A program made the translations under genes and the position numbers. The notes beneath the pieces were generated by a model. The model was not told where the DNA came from, did no database searches, and saw only the letters and a list, made by a program, of their open reading frames with translations. Positions 8,668 through 18,379 of a stretch of 38,770 nt of DNA are shown one piece after another; the first letter of the stretch is position 1; each line of letters begins with the position of its first letter. Origin of the DNA: Candidatus Omnitrophota bacterium (GTDB lineage: Bacteria > Omnitrophota > Gorgyraeia > Duberdicusellales > 4484-171); NCBI GenBank assembly GCA_028692655.1, contig JAQUWY010000016.1, positions 1 to 38,770 of the forward strand, in the 5' to 3' direction.

Positions 8668-10050
8668 ATGAATATTAAAGAAATTTTTAACAAAAACAAA
8701 AATAAGATTTTAAAAGTAGCAATATTTTTTGCTGTTTTTATAGCGGGATTTCTTTTGTCTTATTTACCTTATACGCAAAAAACCAAGGGTTTAATCGCTG
8801 AACAAAAAAACCTTTCCGGCGAGAATAAGAAACTCTCCCAGGAACTATCGCTTTGCAAAGGCGATTTAACCGACTGCCAAGCACGTTATGTAAGGAAGAT
8901 AGATATCCAAAGCAATTCCGAAGGCGGGTTCACTCTTTATTTACGCGGAAAACCCTTTCTAATCAGGGGCGTAGGGTACAACCCCATACCTATTGGAAAA
9001 GGATATGACTATAACTTTTTTTCCGACAAAAATAAGCCTTGGCTTATTGACGGCCAGCTTATGAAAGAAGCAGGAATTAATTGTATTAGGATATATTCTG
9101 CGGGTAGTGACATTGAAGAAACTAAAGCTTTCATACGGGACATGTACGAAAAATTCGGCATCTACACATTAGTAAGTGATTGGTTAGGTTTATGGGATTA
9201 CCCCCGCGCTAACTATTCCGATAAAGATTTTTGTGAAAAAACCAAAGAAAGGTTTCTTAGCGTAGTAAAAGCCCTGAAAGACGAGGAAGGGGTCTTAATG
9301 TGGATACTGGGCAATGAAAATAACTATACATTTTCCGGAAAGATTGGCTTTTGGACATCGCCTGAAATTGAAAGTTTAGGAGATCCTTGTGCAAAACAAA
9401 TACGGCGTGCCGAAATATATTACTCTTTCGTAAACAGCTTAGCTAAAGATATTAAAGCTATCGACCCGGTTCATCCTGTAGCTCTCGGCAACGGTGAAGC
9501 GAATTTTCTTGATACAGCCGCTAAAGTTTCTCCGGATATAGACATTATAGCCGTAATTATTTACAGAGGTAAGAAATTCGGTAATCTTTTTTCTGCGGTA
9601 CGCAACGCTTTTAATCGCCCTGTATTATTATCCGAATTCGGCTGTGATTCTTATGACGCTTACAAGAATCAAGAGAACCAGGATGTCCAAGCAGAATTTT
9701 TAATGTCGCAATGGAAAAATGTATACGAAAATACCACTCTTAGCGGCAACCTTAAGGGCAATGTTCTCGGAGGATGCCTTTTCGAATGGACTGATGAATG
9801 GTGGAAACACAACGAAGGTTATACTGAAGGCTGGAACACCCACGACACTGCAGCCGGTTGGTCTCACGGTTCTTATTTTTATGACATAAAAGCAAAAAAC
9901 AACCTGAATATGAACGAAGAGTGGTTTGGAATTATATCAATAAGCGAAGAAAAAGAAAACGGAATAAATAAAAGATTGCCTAAAAAAGCTTATCACTCTT
10001 TAAGGGAGTTTTTTGATAATCTCAGCACTAACGGTGCTAATACAGAGTAA
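8668..10050 (+). CDS. Membrane-anchored clan GH-A glycoside hydrolase, paralog of 5054-7369
   Basis: Probable true start is ATG 8668 (MNIKEIF). The track's TTG at 8638 lies inside the upstream hairpin. It has an N-terminal TM and a coiled-coil. Motifs are ILGNENNYT (acid/base), LLSEFGCDSY (nucleophile) and FEWTDEWWKHNE. Confidence 0.6.
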   Translation: MNIKEIFNKNKNKILKVAIFFAVFIAGFLLSYLPYTQKTKGLIAEQKNLSGENKKLSQELSLCKGDLTDCQARYVRKIDIQSNSEGGFTLYLRGKPFLIRGVGYNPIPIGKGYDYNFFSDKNKPWLIDGQLMKEAGINCIRIYSAGSDIEETKAFIRDMYEKFGIYTLVSDWLGLWDYPRANYSDKDFCEKTKERFLSVVKALKDEEGVLMWILGNENNYTFSGKIGFWTSPEIESLGDPCAKQIRRAEIYYSFVNSLAKDIKAIDPVHPVALGNGEANFLDTAAKVSPDIDIIAVIIYRGKKFGNLFSAVRNAFNRPVLLSEFGCDSYDAYKNQENQDVQAEFLMSQWKNVYENTTLSGNLKGNVLGGCLFEWTDEWWKHNEGYTEGWNTHDTAAGWSHGSYFYDIKAKNNLNMNEEWFGIISISEEKENGINKRLPKKAYHSLREFFDNLSTNGANTE

Positions 10051-10208
10051 AGCCCTGGTATTTTAGACAAGATATGTTTTAAAAGTGTGGTTTTCAGCTT
10101 AACAGATAAAACAAGGCTTTATCATACGTTAATCCTGCCCGTAAAAAAGTAAAAGTAATTGTATTTTGACCTATATTGTTGTTTAAGTATTTCAGGATAC
10201 GCGGCTAT

Positions 10209-10841
10209 ATGAAAAATTCCTGGACGTTAGCTTTGATTATATCTCTTCTTTTTCATATGGTTCTCGTTTTGAAAATTCCCCGTTCTTATGTATTCAAAAA
10301 AAAGAATCCTGCCGTTAAGCAAGACTTCAAGAAAGAGTTAAAGATGGAGCCGGATGAAATAGAAAAAATACACAAGAAGCAAGTCGTCCTGCCTGAAGAA
10401 CCGCTGCCGCTGCCTTATGTAGAAAATATTGTCAATAAGCTGATAGACAACGACGCTTCTCCATCACTACAGAAAGAAGAAATTTCTCGGAAAGATATAA
10501 AAGAAATAATTTTTTCCGAAATGCCGGCAAACGATAAGGTTTTAAATAAAAATCCTGCTTATATGAGCTACTACAGGTCTGTGCGTGAAAAAATAAGGGC
10601 TAATGCTTATCAAAATTACAATAACCGTCAAAAAGGAGAAGTAGCCGTTAATTTTCTCCTTTTAAGTGACGGTTCATTGAAGGAAATAACTTTTGAGGAA
10701 GGCTCTTCTCCTGATAAAATTTTGAAAGAGATAGCTTACGTAAGCATAAGAAATTCTTCTCCCTTCCTTCCTTTTCCTTCCGAATTGGAGAAATATTCTC
10801 ATCTCTGGTTTAGTATTTCAATTTGTTTTAAAAATAATTGA
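10209..10841 (+). CDS. TonB C-terminal domain-like membrane protein
   Basis: Likely start is MKNSW at 10209. N-terminal TM, Pro-rich linker (EEPLPLPYVE), then a C-terminal block (GEVAVNFLLLSDGSLKEITFEEGSSPDKILKEIAYVSIRNSSPFLPFP) that fits the TonB_C pattern. Confidence 0.5.
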   Translation: MKNSWTLALIISLLFHMVLVLKIPRSYVFKKKNPAVKQDFKKELKMEPDEIEKIHKKQVVLPEEPLPLPYVENIVNKLIDNDASPSLQKEEISRKDIKEIIFSEMPANDKVLNKNPAYMSYYRSVREKIRANAYQNYNNRQKGEVAVNFLLLSDGSLKEITFEEGSSPDKILKEIAYVSIRNSSPFLPFPSELEKYSHLWFSISICFKNN

Positions 10842-10866
10842 CATTTATTACTGAAATTGCTATTCT

Positions 10867-11682
10867 ATGACAAATAAGATGATAAGAAAGGCGGTATTTT
10901 CTGGTCAATTCTATCCTGAAGCTAGCCGGGATATTACAAAATTTATCGAATCCCTTGGTTATAGCCGTTCTTTAAAAATTTCCGCAAAGGGGATAATCCT
11001 TCCTCACGCCGGGTATGTTTATTCCGGAAAGGTAGCAGTATCTGCCGCCAGTAAAATCGCGGGTAGAAAAACAGTTCTTGCTTTGGGGCCGAATCATACC
11101 GGACTGGGATCTGAATTTTCCCTTTGGGCAAAGGGAGCATGGGAAACTCCTTGTGGCGATATAGCCATCGATGAAGGCCTGGCTAAAGCAATCCTTGCTA
11201 AAAATGGGCCGATTACCGAAGACTATTCTGCTCACACAAAAGAGCATTCTATCGAGGTCCAGTTGCCTATTTTAAAATATTTTCTTGGCGGCTTCAGCCT
11301 GGTGCCTATAGCTTGTGGCCTTGCGGTTCCGGGAAGATACAAAGAAGCTGCTTGGCAAATTTTTGAAGCTATAAAAGAACTTAAAAGCGATGTTCTCTTG
11401 CTTGCTTCTACTGACCTTACACATTACGAGCCTGACTCTATTGCTAGAAAAAAAGATAGTGCCGTAATTGAAGCAATAGTTAACTTAGATGAAAAGAAGC
11501 TGCTTGATAATGTCAAAACCATGAACATAACTATGTGTGGTTTAGCTCCAGTAGCAATATTAATAAGTTGTTTAAAGTTATTAGGCGCCCGAAAAGCCAC
11601 CGTCGCAATGTATCAGACCAGCGGTGATGCTTTAGGCGACTACGACTCTGTCGTAGGGTACGCTGGCATTATAATTAAATAA
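10867..11682 (+). CDS. AmmeMemoRadiSam system protein B (Memo1-like)
   Basis: Hallmarks of the Memo family: GQFYP near the N-terminus, ILPHAGYVYSG, HSIEVQLPIL and a DLTHYEP-like block. Length 271 aa. Confidence 0.8.
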   Translation: MTNKMIRKAVFSGQFYPEASRDITKFIESLGYSRSLKISAKGIILPHAGYVYSGKVAVSAASKIAGRKTVLALGPNHTGLGSEFSLWAKGAWETPCGDIAIDEGLAKAILAKNGPITEDYSAHTKEHSIEVQLPILKYFLGGFSLVPIACGLAVPGRYKEAAWQIFEAIKELKSDVLLLASTDLTHYEPDSIARKKDSAVIEAIVNLDEKKLLDNVKTMNITMCGLAPVAILISCLKLLGARKATVAMYQTSGDALGDYDSVVGYAGIIIK

Positions 11683-11720
11683 TTTCGTGCCGCTAAAAAC
11701 ATAAGAGGAGGTAGAGGGTT

Positions 11721-12056
11721 TTGAGCGAAGAAGCAAAGAAAAAACTTGATGAAAATTGGAAAAAACAGGTCGAAAAGGAAAAAAAACAAGCCGAGGAATC
11801 TAAAACCGGCTATTATAAACCCGATTTTTCTAATTATCTTTTGTCATTGGTTATGCAAGCTATGATTTTTCTAGGAAAAATCGAGAACCCCTTGACAAAA
11901 AAAGTAGAAAAAAACTATGATCAGGCGCGCATGCTTATCGACACCTTGGAAATGCTGCGTGAAAAAACAAAAAATAATTTAACCAAAGAAGAGGCAACTT
12001 TGCTTGAAGATTACCTATTCAACTTACGCATGGTTTATGTAGAGGAAAAAAAATGA
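11721..12056 (+). CDS. Conserved hypothetical protein, DUF1844-like
   Basis: TTG start with a strong AGGAGG RBS. Lys/Glu-rich N-terminus, then a [15 protein letters not shown]...[19 protein letters not shown] block that I recall as DUF1844-like. Recalled from memory, not searched. Confidence 0.45.
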   Translation: MSEEAKKKLDENWKKQVEKEKKQAEESKTGYYKPDFSNYLLSLVMQAMIFLGKIENPLTKKVEKNYDQARMLIDTLEMLREKTKNNLTKEEATLLEDYLFNLRMVYVEEKK

Positions 12057-12229
12057 TTAATAAAGAAATTTTAGAAATCCTCGCATGTCCTGCTTGTAAA
12101 AAAAAGGTTATTTTTAAAAATGATGAAATTATTTGTTTGAACTGCTCCAGGGCTTATCCAATCAAAGACGGTATCCCAGTAATGCTCATAGAGGAGGCAC
12201 GAAAATATGAAAACAAACAAAAAGGTTAA
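12053..12229 (+). CDS. Trm112-family small zinc-ribbon protein (UPF0434/YcaR-like); missing from the ORF track because it is shorter than 60 aa
   Basis: 58-aa ORF reading [49 protein letters not shown]..., a textbook Trm112 pattern. ATGA overlap with the upstream gene. Its 3' end overlaps the aroQ start by about 23 nt in another frame. Confidence 0.65.
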   Translation: MINKEILEILACPACKKKVIFKNDEIICLNCSRAYPIKDGIPVMLIEEARKYENKQKG

Positions 12230-12662
12230 AATTTTAGTTATTCATGGGCCAAATCTTCATCTTTTAGGGAAAAGACAGCCGGATATATATGGAAAATTTA
12301 CCCTTGAGGAAATCAATAAAGAGTTGAAACAAGAAGCAAAAAAATCCAAAATAGAGTTGCAAACTATCCAATCCAATTCTGAGGGCGATATAGTTGAGGC
12401 CATAACCAAAGGTTGCTATGATGTCCTGATTATAAATCCTGCAGCTTATACGCATACTTCTGTAGCCATACGTGATGCATTGCTGGGCGTGGAAAAACCG
12501 GCCATAGAAATACATCTGTCAAATATCTACAAACGAGAGGATTTCCGCAAAAAGTCTCTGGTTAGCGATGTGGTAATGGGCACTATCAGCGGTTTCGGAA
12601 AGACAAGCTACACATTAGCTTTAGAGGCGGCCATAAACTTCCTTCAAGAAAAACAAAAATAA
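12207..12662 (+). CDS. aroQ: Type II 3-dehydroquinate dehydratase
   Basis: Signature [21 protein letters not shown] and [12 protein letters not shown]. Length 151 aa. Confidence 0.9.
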   Translation: MKTNKKVKILVIHGPNLHLLGKRQPDIYGKFTLEEINKELKQEAKKSKIELQTIQSNSEGDIVEAITKGCYDVLIINPAAYTHTSVAIRDALLGVEKPAIEIHLSNIYKREDFRKKSLVSDVVMGTISGFGKTSYTLALEAAINFLQEKQK

Positions 12663-13702
12663 TGCGTTTTAAGTCCTTCCTGCAAGCCTTAACAAGAGCA
12701 AAATGCGATGGGTTGCTTATAACCAATCCCTTGAACATAGCTTACCTGACGGGTTTTACCAAAAGCCAGGGGTATCTTATTATTACCCGCGAAGGAAGGA
12801 AGATTTATTTTACTAATCCTATCTACAAAGATATAGCCAAAAGTTTTAAAGGTTGGGAGGTTATTGTTAAAAATCCGGGCAGTAATATTTTAGGCCTTGT
12901 CGCTAAAATAATAAAGAGAATGAGATTTACTAATTTAGGGTTTGAAGAAAAGAATATTTCTTACGCTAATTACCGCTTTCTTAGAGAGGCTTTTTCGCAG
13001 ACAAACATAGAACTCAAGGCAACCGGGAATTTGGTAGAAATCTTAAGAATGGTTAAGACCCCCAAGGAACTCCGTTTTATCCGTAAATCAGCCCAAATAA
13101 CTAAGGAAGCTCTATGCTTCATTGAAGAAACTTTCCATCCTGCTTTACGGGAAAAAGACCTTTCTCTGAATATAGATAGATTTTTGAGGCAGAAAGGCGA
13201 TAACGAAACCGCCTTTAGCACAATTGTGGCCGCCGGCAGTAATACTGCTTTCGCTCACCATATTCCAACAGAATTAAAAATAGGGAGTAATTTTTTCCTA
13301 ACTGATTTAGGCTCAAAATATTACGGATATTGCGCTGACTTGACAAGGGTGTTCTTTTGGGGTAAAATGCCCCTTCTTTTTAAAAAAATATACGCTACAG
13401 TACAAAAGGCTCAAGAATTAAGTTTAAAAAAGATAAAGGAAGGCGTAAAAGCTTCCGATATAGATAAAGCCGCAAGAAATTTTATCGAAAGAAAAGGTTG
13501 GGGGAAAAATTTTACCCACGGGCTAGGCCATGGAGTAGGCTTGGAAGTTCACGAATTACCAAGTTTAAGCCCCAAAAGTGACATTATTTTGAAAAAAGGC
13601 ATGGTTGTAACTGTTGAACCGGCAATATATATAAAGGGTAAATTTGGCGTACGTTTAGAAAAAATGGTTTTAGTAAAAGAAAACAGCCAAGAGGTGTTGT
13701 AG
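12662..13702 (+). CDS. M24-family Xaa-Pro aminopeptidase / prolidase
   Basis: Creatinase-like N-domain and pita-bread C-domain. Metal-binding HGLGHGVGLEVHE, with the downstream TVEPAIY block. Confidence 0.8.
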   Translation: MRFKSFLQALTRAKCDGLLITNPLNIAYLTGFTKSQGYLIITREGRKIYFTNPIYKDIAKSFKGWEVIVKNPGSNILGLVAKIIKRMRFTNLGFEEKNISYANYRFLREAFSQTNIELKATGNLVEILRMVKTPKELRFIRKSAQITKEALCFIEETFHPALREKDLSLNIDRFLRQKGDNETAFSTIVAAGSNTAFAHHIPTELKIGSNFFLTDLGSKYYGYCADLTRVFFWGKMPLLFKKIYATVQKAQELSLKKIKEGVKASDIDKAARNFIERKGWGKNFTHGLGHGVGLEVHELPSLSPKSDIILKKGMVVTVEPAIYIKGKFGVRLEKMVLVKENSQEVL

Positions 13703-14262
13703 TGGGAATGTCTATAGGAACTTTGAAGCCTTCAATGACGATAATTTATAACGGTGCGTTATATACTGTAGTAAATTGCGAACACGCCAAAATTGCTAGA
13801 GGGGCGGCTTTCTGCAGAGTAAAACTTAAAAATTTGAGAAATGCCCAAATCTTGGATTGCACGCTCAGGGATTCTGACAATGTAAACCAGGCTTTTATAG
13901 AAAAAAGGAAACTCCAATATCAGTATCGAGAAGGCACTCACTACCATTTCCTTGACCTGGAAACTTATGAAGATTTAATATTGAACGAATCAATAATACG
14001 AGAAAATTCCTGCTGGCTAAAAGATAATCTGGAATTAATCGGAATTTTCTTTGAAAATGAACTTGTAGACTTAGAGCTTCCGGCCTCTATAGAGCTTAAG
14101 ATTATCGAAACCAATCCCGGTTTCCGCGGTGATACGGTAAAAGCCGGCAATAAGCCTGCCAAACTCGAAACAGGAATTGTGATATCAGTACCGTTATTTA
14201 TAAATACTGGCGAAACTGTAAAAGTGGACACGCGGACAAAAACTTATTTAGGACGTGTGTAG
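13702..14262 (+). CDS. efp: Elongation factor P
   Basis: KOW-like N-domain plus two OB domains; 186 aa. The loop reads HAKIARGAAFCRVKLKNL, so Arg occupies the position equivalent to E. coli K34. Conserved pepP-efp adjacency. Confidence 0.9.
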   Translation: MGMSIGTLKPSMTIIYNGALYTVVNCEHAKIARGAAFCRVKLKNLRNAQILDCTLRDSDNVNQAFIEKRKLQYQYREGTHYHFLDLETYEDLILNESIIRENSCWLKDNLELIGIFFENELVDLELPASIELKIIETNPGFRGDTVKAGNKPAKLETGIVISVPLFINTGETVKVDTRTKTYLGRV

Positions 14263-14298
14263 CCTTTTAGAAAGCAATCCAAGAAAAGGGAGGGATTT

Positions 14299-14709
14299 AT
14301 GGAACCGGATAAATTAAAAAAATTTATTAAGTTTATGGAGGAGAATAACCTTTCCGAACTTGAGATTGAAGAAGAAGGCAAACGTATACGGCTTAAAAAA
14401 AACACCTCCGAAATCATTCCGGTAACCGCCGCCCCTCAATCCCCGCCAAAAGAAGAGAAGCAAGAAAAAACTATTGAAATAAAATCACCTATGGTTGGAA
14501 CCTTCTACAGAGCTCCTTCTCCGGGAGCAAAGCCTTATGTCGAGATAGGACAAATAATAAAATCCGGTGATGTAGTATGCATAGTTGAAGCAATGAAACT
14601 TATGAATGAGATAAAAGCTGAGTTTACCGGGCGTATCGTAAAGATTCCGGTTGAAAACGGCGAGCCCGTAGAATTCGGCCAATCTCTATTCATAATAGAA
14701 CCGGTATAA
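14299..14709 (+). CDS. accB: Acetyl-CoA carboxylase biotin carboxyl carrier protein
   Basis: Pro/Ala-rich linker and C-terminal biotinyl domain with the EAMKLMNEI biotinylation motif. Confidence 0.85.
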   Translation: MEPDKLKKFIKFMEENNLSELEIEEEGKRIRLKKNTSEIIPVTAAPQSPPKEEKQEKTIEIKSPMVGTFYRAPSPGAKPYVEIGQIIKSGDVVCIVEAMKLMNEIKAEFTGRIVKIPVENGEPVEFGQSLFIIEPV

Positions 14710-14730
14710 AATAAACCAGGAAATTGAGCA

Positions 14731-16083
14731 ATGTTTTCAAAAATATTAATAGCTAATCGAGGCGAAATAGCTATACGGATTATAAGAGCCTGCAAAGAGC
14801 TGGGTATAAAAACTGTTGCAGTTTATTCTGAGGCTGACAGGAACTCACTGCATCTGGAATTTGCGGATGAGGCAATTTGCATAGGCAAAGCTCGATCCGC
14901 TGACAGCTATCTTAATATCTCAAGCATTATAAGCGCCGCAGAAATAACTGACAGCGACGCGATACACCCGGGTTATGGATTTTTAGCAGAGAATTCCCAC
15001 TTTGCTGAAGTGTGTGAATCCTGCGGTATTAAGTTCATCGGGCCTACTCCTGAAAATATACGTTTAATGGGAGATAAAATTAAAGCAAAAGAAACTATGC
15101 GTAAAGCCGGCTTGCCTCTCATACCCGGCAGCAGCGGAGGGATTAAATCCAAAGAAGAAGCTCTTAATTTAGCCAAACGCATGGGTTACCCTCTAATACT
15201 TAAGGCTAAGGCCGGCGGCGGAGGAAAGGGAATGCGAGTCTGTCATAGCGATGTGCGGCTCATAGGCGCTCTTTTAACTGCCCAATCAGAGGCCGAAGCC
15301 AATTTTGGAGATTCAGAAATTTATATTGAAAAATTTATAGAATCTCCTAGGCATATCGAAGTTCAGATTGTTGCTGATGGCTATGGTAACGTCATATATC
15401 TGGGAGAAAGGGATTGCAGTATTCAGAGGCGACATCAAAAAATAATCGAAGAAACCCCTTCGCCTGCTGTTGACGGCCGTTTGAGAAAAAAACTGGGTGA
15501 ATTATGCGTTAAAGGGGTCAAGGCTATCAACTATTCAAGCGTGGGAACGATAGAATTTCTTTTAGATAAAAACGGCAATTTTTACTTTATGGAAATGAAC
15601 ACCAGGATACAAGTCGAACATCCTATAACTGAAGAGGTAACCGGCATAGACCTTCTCAAACTACAGATTCTTATAGCTGCCGGAGAAAAGCTGAAAATAA
15701 AGCAGGATGACATCTGCTTCCGGGGCGCATCCATAGAATGCCGCATAAACGCTGAAGACCCTGAGGATGGATTCCTTCCTTCTCCTGGAACAATAAATTT
15801 CTGCTATCTTCCGGGAGGCAATAACGTTAGAGTTGATACTCACATATATTCCGGATACAGGGTACCGTCTTATTATGACTCACTTTTGGCAAAAGTTATA
15901 ACTAAAGCTGATACCCGGGCAGAAGCATTGAAAAAAATGGACAGGGCCCTGAGTGAATTCATTCTAGAGCCCATAAAAACAACGGCATCGTTTTGCCGGG
16001 AAGTCATAAATGACCCTGATTTCAAACGGGGTAAGTATCATACTGGTTTTCTAGAAAAGTTTTTATCTGCAAAAGAAGAATAA
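14731..16083 (+). CDS. accC: Acetyl-CoA carboxylase biotin carboxylase subunit
   Basis: 450 aa. [29 protein letters not shown]-grasp GGGGKGMRV, and [14 protein letters not shown]. Confidence 0.9.
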   Translation: MFSKILIANRGEIAIRIIRACKELGIKTVAVYSEADRNSLHLEFADEAICIGKARSADSYLNISSIISAAEITDSDAIHPGYGFLAENSHFAEVCESCGIKFIGPTPENIRLMGDKIKAKETMRKAGLPLIPGSSGGIKSKEEALNLAKRMGYPLILKAKAGGGGKGMRVCHSDVRLIGALLTAQSEAEANFGDSEIYIEKFIESPRHIEVQIVADGYGNVIYLGERDCSIQRRHQKIIEETPSPAVDGRLRKKLGELCVKGVKAINYSSVGTIEFLLDKNGNFYFMEMNTRIQVEHPITEEVTGIDLLKLQILIAAGEKLKIKQDDICFRGASIECRINAEDPEDGFLPSPGTINFCYLPGGNNVRVDTHIYSGYRVPSYYDSLLAKVITKADTRAEALKKMDRALSEFILEPIKTTASFCREVINDPDFKRGKYHTGFLEKFLSAKEE

Positions 16084-16113
16084 AAAGCCAAAAAATGTAA
16101 AAAGGAGGATGGT

Positions 16114-16692
16114 ATGGGTTTTTTGACTGTTTTAATTTACATAGTTTTATCGCTTACTGTCGGGTCTCTTTTTGTCAGTTTATCTGCCGACACTCTGACA
16201 ATTAATATTTTGTCCGAATATTTGCAAAAAGACCTTCTCCCGGATCCCTATCTCCGCTCGGGACTCTTTCTGACAGGAGCGATTTTAATACTTTTCTGTC
16301 TAAGATATATACAGGCTTCTATTGGGCGCTCCAAAAAAAATAAATCAATATCTTTTGAATCTTCCCAGGGACGCGTCAATATTACCCTTTTTGCAATTGA
16401 GGAGATGCTTAAAAAGATGTTAGAAGACCGAGAAGAAATTTCTCATGTCCGCATTAAAGTCTTTCTTAGAAAAAAATGGATTGAAGTAATGATAAAGGGT
16501 ATTCTAACCTCAGAAGTTAATCTCGTAGATTTTACCAAGGAAATCCAAGATCGTATTACGGAAAAAATAAATACTCTGCTTGGTGAAGACAAGCAAGTTA
16601 AGGTAAATCTGGAAATAAGAAGAGTGAACATAGGCAATAAGGGTTCTCTCAGGGAAGATAGTGAACCTGAGGTTCCATTTAGAAACTACTAG
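16114..16692 (+). CDS. Membrane protein, possibly Asp23/Gls24- or AmaP-like, in the accBC-downstream position
   Basis: GGAGG RBS. Two N-terminal TM helices, then a charged domain. Firmicutes carry an Asp23-family gene in this same position after accBC. The family assignment is weak. Confidence 0.35.
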   Translation: MGFLTVLIYIVLSLTVGSLFVSLSADTLTINILSEYLQKDLLPDPYLRSGLFLTGAILILFCLRYIQASIGRSKKNKSISFESSQGRVNITLFAIEEMLKKMLEDREEISHVRIKVFLRKKWIEVMIKGILTSEVNLVDFTKEIQDRITEKINTLLGEDKQVKVNLEIRRVNIGNKGSLREDSEPEVPFRNY

Positions 16693-16727
16693 TAGAATCG
16701 CAAGTAACATAAGGAGGTAAGTATAGC

Positions 16728-17753
16728 ATGAAAATTGGTATTCTCACCGGCGGAGGCGATTGCCCGGGCTTAAATTCGGTTATACGAGCAGTAGTAAGAA
16801 AAGCTGCAAATGAAGGCCAGTCAGTAGTAGGTTTACGTTACGGCTGGAAAGGGTTATTAGAAAAAGATTGTGTATCGTTAGACTTGAGGTCTGTTTCGGG
16901 TATTCTTCCTAAGGGAGGTACTATCCTGGGTACTTCGCGCACCAATCCTTATAAAAAAGAAGGCGGGGTAGAATTGGCAAAAAAAAACTTTAGAGAGCTC
17001 GGCTTAGATGCTTTGGTGGCTATAGGCGGTGAAGATACCCTGGGAGTGGCTACTAAGCTTAGTACGGAAGGTTTAAATATAGTGGGAGTTCCCAAAACTA
17101 TTGATAATGACTTAGGGGCAACTGATTTTACATTTGGCTTTGATACTTCCGTGAATATAGTCATGGAATGTATAGACCGCCTTCATACTACCGCCGAATC
17201 ACATAATAGAATTATGGTGGTGGAAGTTATGGGGCGACATGCTGGTTGGATAGCTGCTTATGCCGGCATCGCCGGAGGGGCAGACTATATATTGATTCCG
17301 GAAATTCCGATTGAAATAGAAGAAGTTTGTGAATCAATAAAAAAACGCCACCAGCGCGGCAAAAACTTCAGCATTGTGGTAGTCTCAGAGGGAGCCGCCT
17401 TCAAAGATAAAGATCTTTTTTTGCAAGAACAAAAACTTGATGAATTCGGCCATGTCAGGCTGGGAGGCATTGGACACGTCCTGGGCGAGCTGATAGAAAA
17501 AAAGACTGGCTTTGAGACAAGAGTCACGGTTTTAGGCCATATACAGCGAGGAGGATCTCCCTCGGCTTTTGATAGAGTCTTGGGAACTCGTTTCGGTGTA
17601 AAAGCCTATGATTTGATAAAATCCGGTGATTTTGGCAAAATGGCTTGTTTAAAAGGAAATGAAGTGGTAGGTGTCCCTCTAACAGAGGCAACAGCTAAGT
17701 TAAAAACCCTGGATTTAAAACTTTACGATATAGCTAAAATATTCTTTTGCTAG
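16728..17753 (+). CDS. pfp: 6-phosphofructokinase, probably PPi-dependent
   Basis: MKIGILTGGGDCPGLN start. IGGEDTLGVA replaces GGDGS. PKTIDNDL has Lys in place of E. coli Gly124. MGRHAGWIA is present. Confidence 0.8.
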   Translation: MKIGILTGGGDCPGLNSVIRAVVRKAANEGQSVVGLRYGWKGLLEKDCVSLDLRSVSGILPKGGTILGTSRTNPYKKEGGVELAKKNFRELGLDALVAIGGEDTLGVATKLSTEGLNIVGVPKTIDNDLGATDFTFGFDTSVNIVMECIDRLHTTAESHNRIMVVEVMGRHAGWIAAYAGIAGGADYILIPEIPIEIEEVCESIKKRHQRGKNFSIVVVSEGAAFKDKDLFLQEQKLDEFGHVRLGGIGHVLGELIEKKTGFETRVTVLGHIQRGGSPSAFDRVLGTRFGVKAYDLIKSGDFGKMACLKGNEVVGVPLTEATAKLKTLDLKLYDIAKIFFC

Positions 17754-17793
17754 AAATTGGTAGAAGCAGAAGATATTTTTACCATAAATATTT

Positions 17794-18363
17794 ATGAAAA
17801 ATATAGTAAAACAATCTTTGTTGAACCACAGAAAAGTTCTTGAGTCTTTAGACCTTCTACAGGGCCAGATAGAGGAGACCGCTGTTATATTCCTTGATAC
17901 CTTAAGGCAGGGCGGAAAAATAATCTTTGTCGGCAATGGGGGAAGTGCTGCCGATGCACAACACTTAGCTGCTGAATTTACCGGAAGATTCAAAATGAAC
18001 CGGCCGCCTTTGGCAGCTTTGGCGCTTTCAACTAATACTTCAAGCCTTACTGCCATTGGAAACGATTTTGGCTTTGATTCTGTATTCAGCCGTCAAATTG
18101 AAGCGTTAGCCAAATCGGAAGACGTTATCGTAGCAATATCTACTTCCGGAAATTCTGAAAATGTGATAAAAGCGGTTGAGGCTGCACGAAAGCACGGAAT
18201 AAAGACTGTCGGATTTTTGGGAAAAGACGGTGGAAAATTAAAAAATTTAGTAGACTTAGCCTTAGTAATTTCTTCCGATGAAGCTGCCCGTATACAGGAA
18301 ATGCATATTCTAATGGGGCATATTGTATGCGAAATAACCGAAACCTTCTTTTTTAACTCTTAA
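17794..18363 (+). CDS. gmhA: D-sedoheptulose-7-phosphate isomerase (SIS domain)
   Basis: IFVGNGGSAADAQHLAAEF, SIS fold, 189 aa. Confidence 0.85.
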   Translation: MKNIVKQSLLNHRKVLESLDLLQGQIEETAVIFLDTLRQGGKIIFVGNGGSAADAQHLAAEFTGRFKMNRPPLAALALSTNTSSLTAIGNDFGFDSVFSRQIEALAKSEDVIVAISTSGNSENVIKAVEAARKHGIKTVGFLGKDGGKLKNLVDLALVISSDEAARIQEMHILMGHIVCEITETFFFNS

Positions 18364-18379
18364 CTTTCATTGAATCAGC

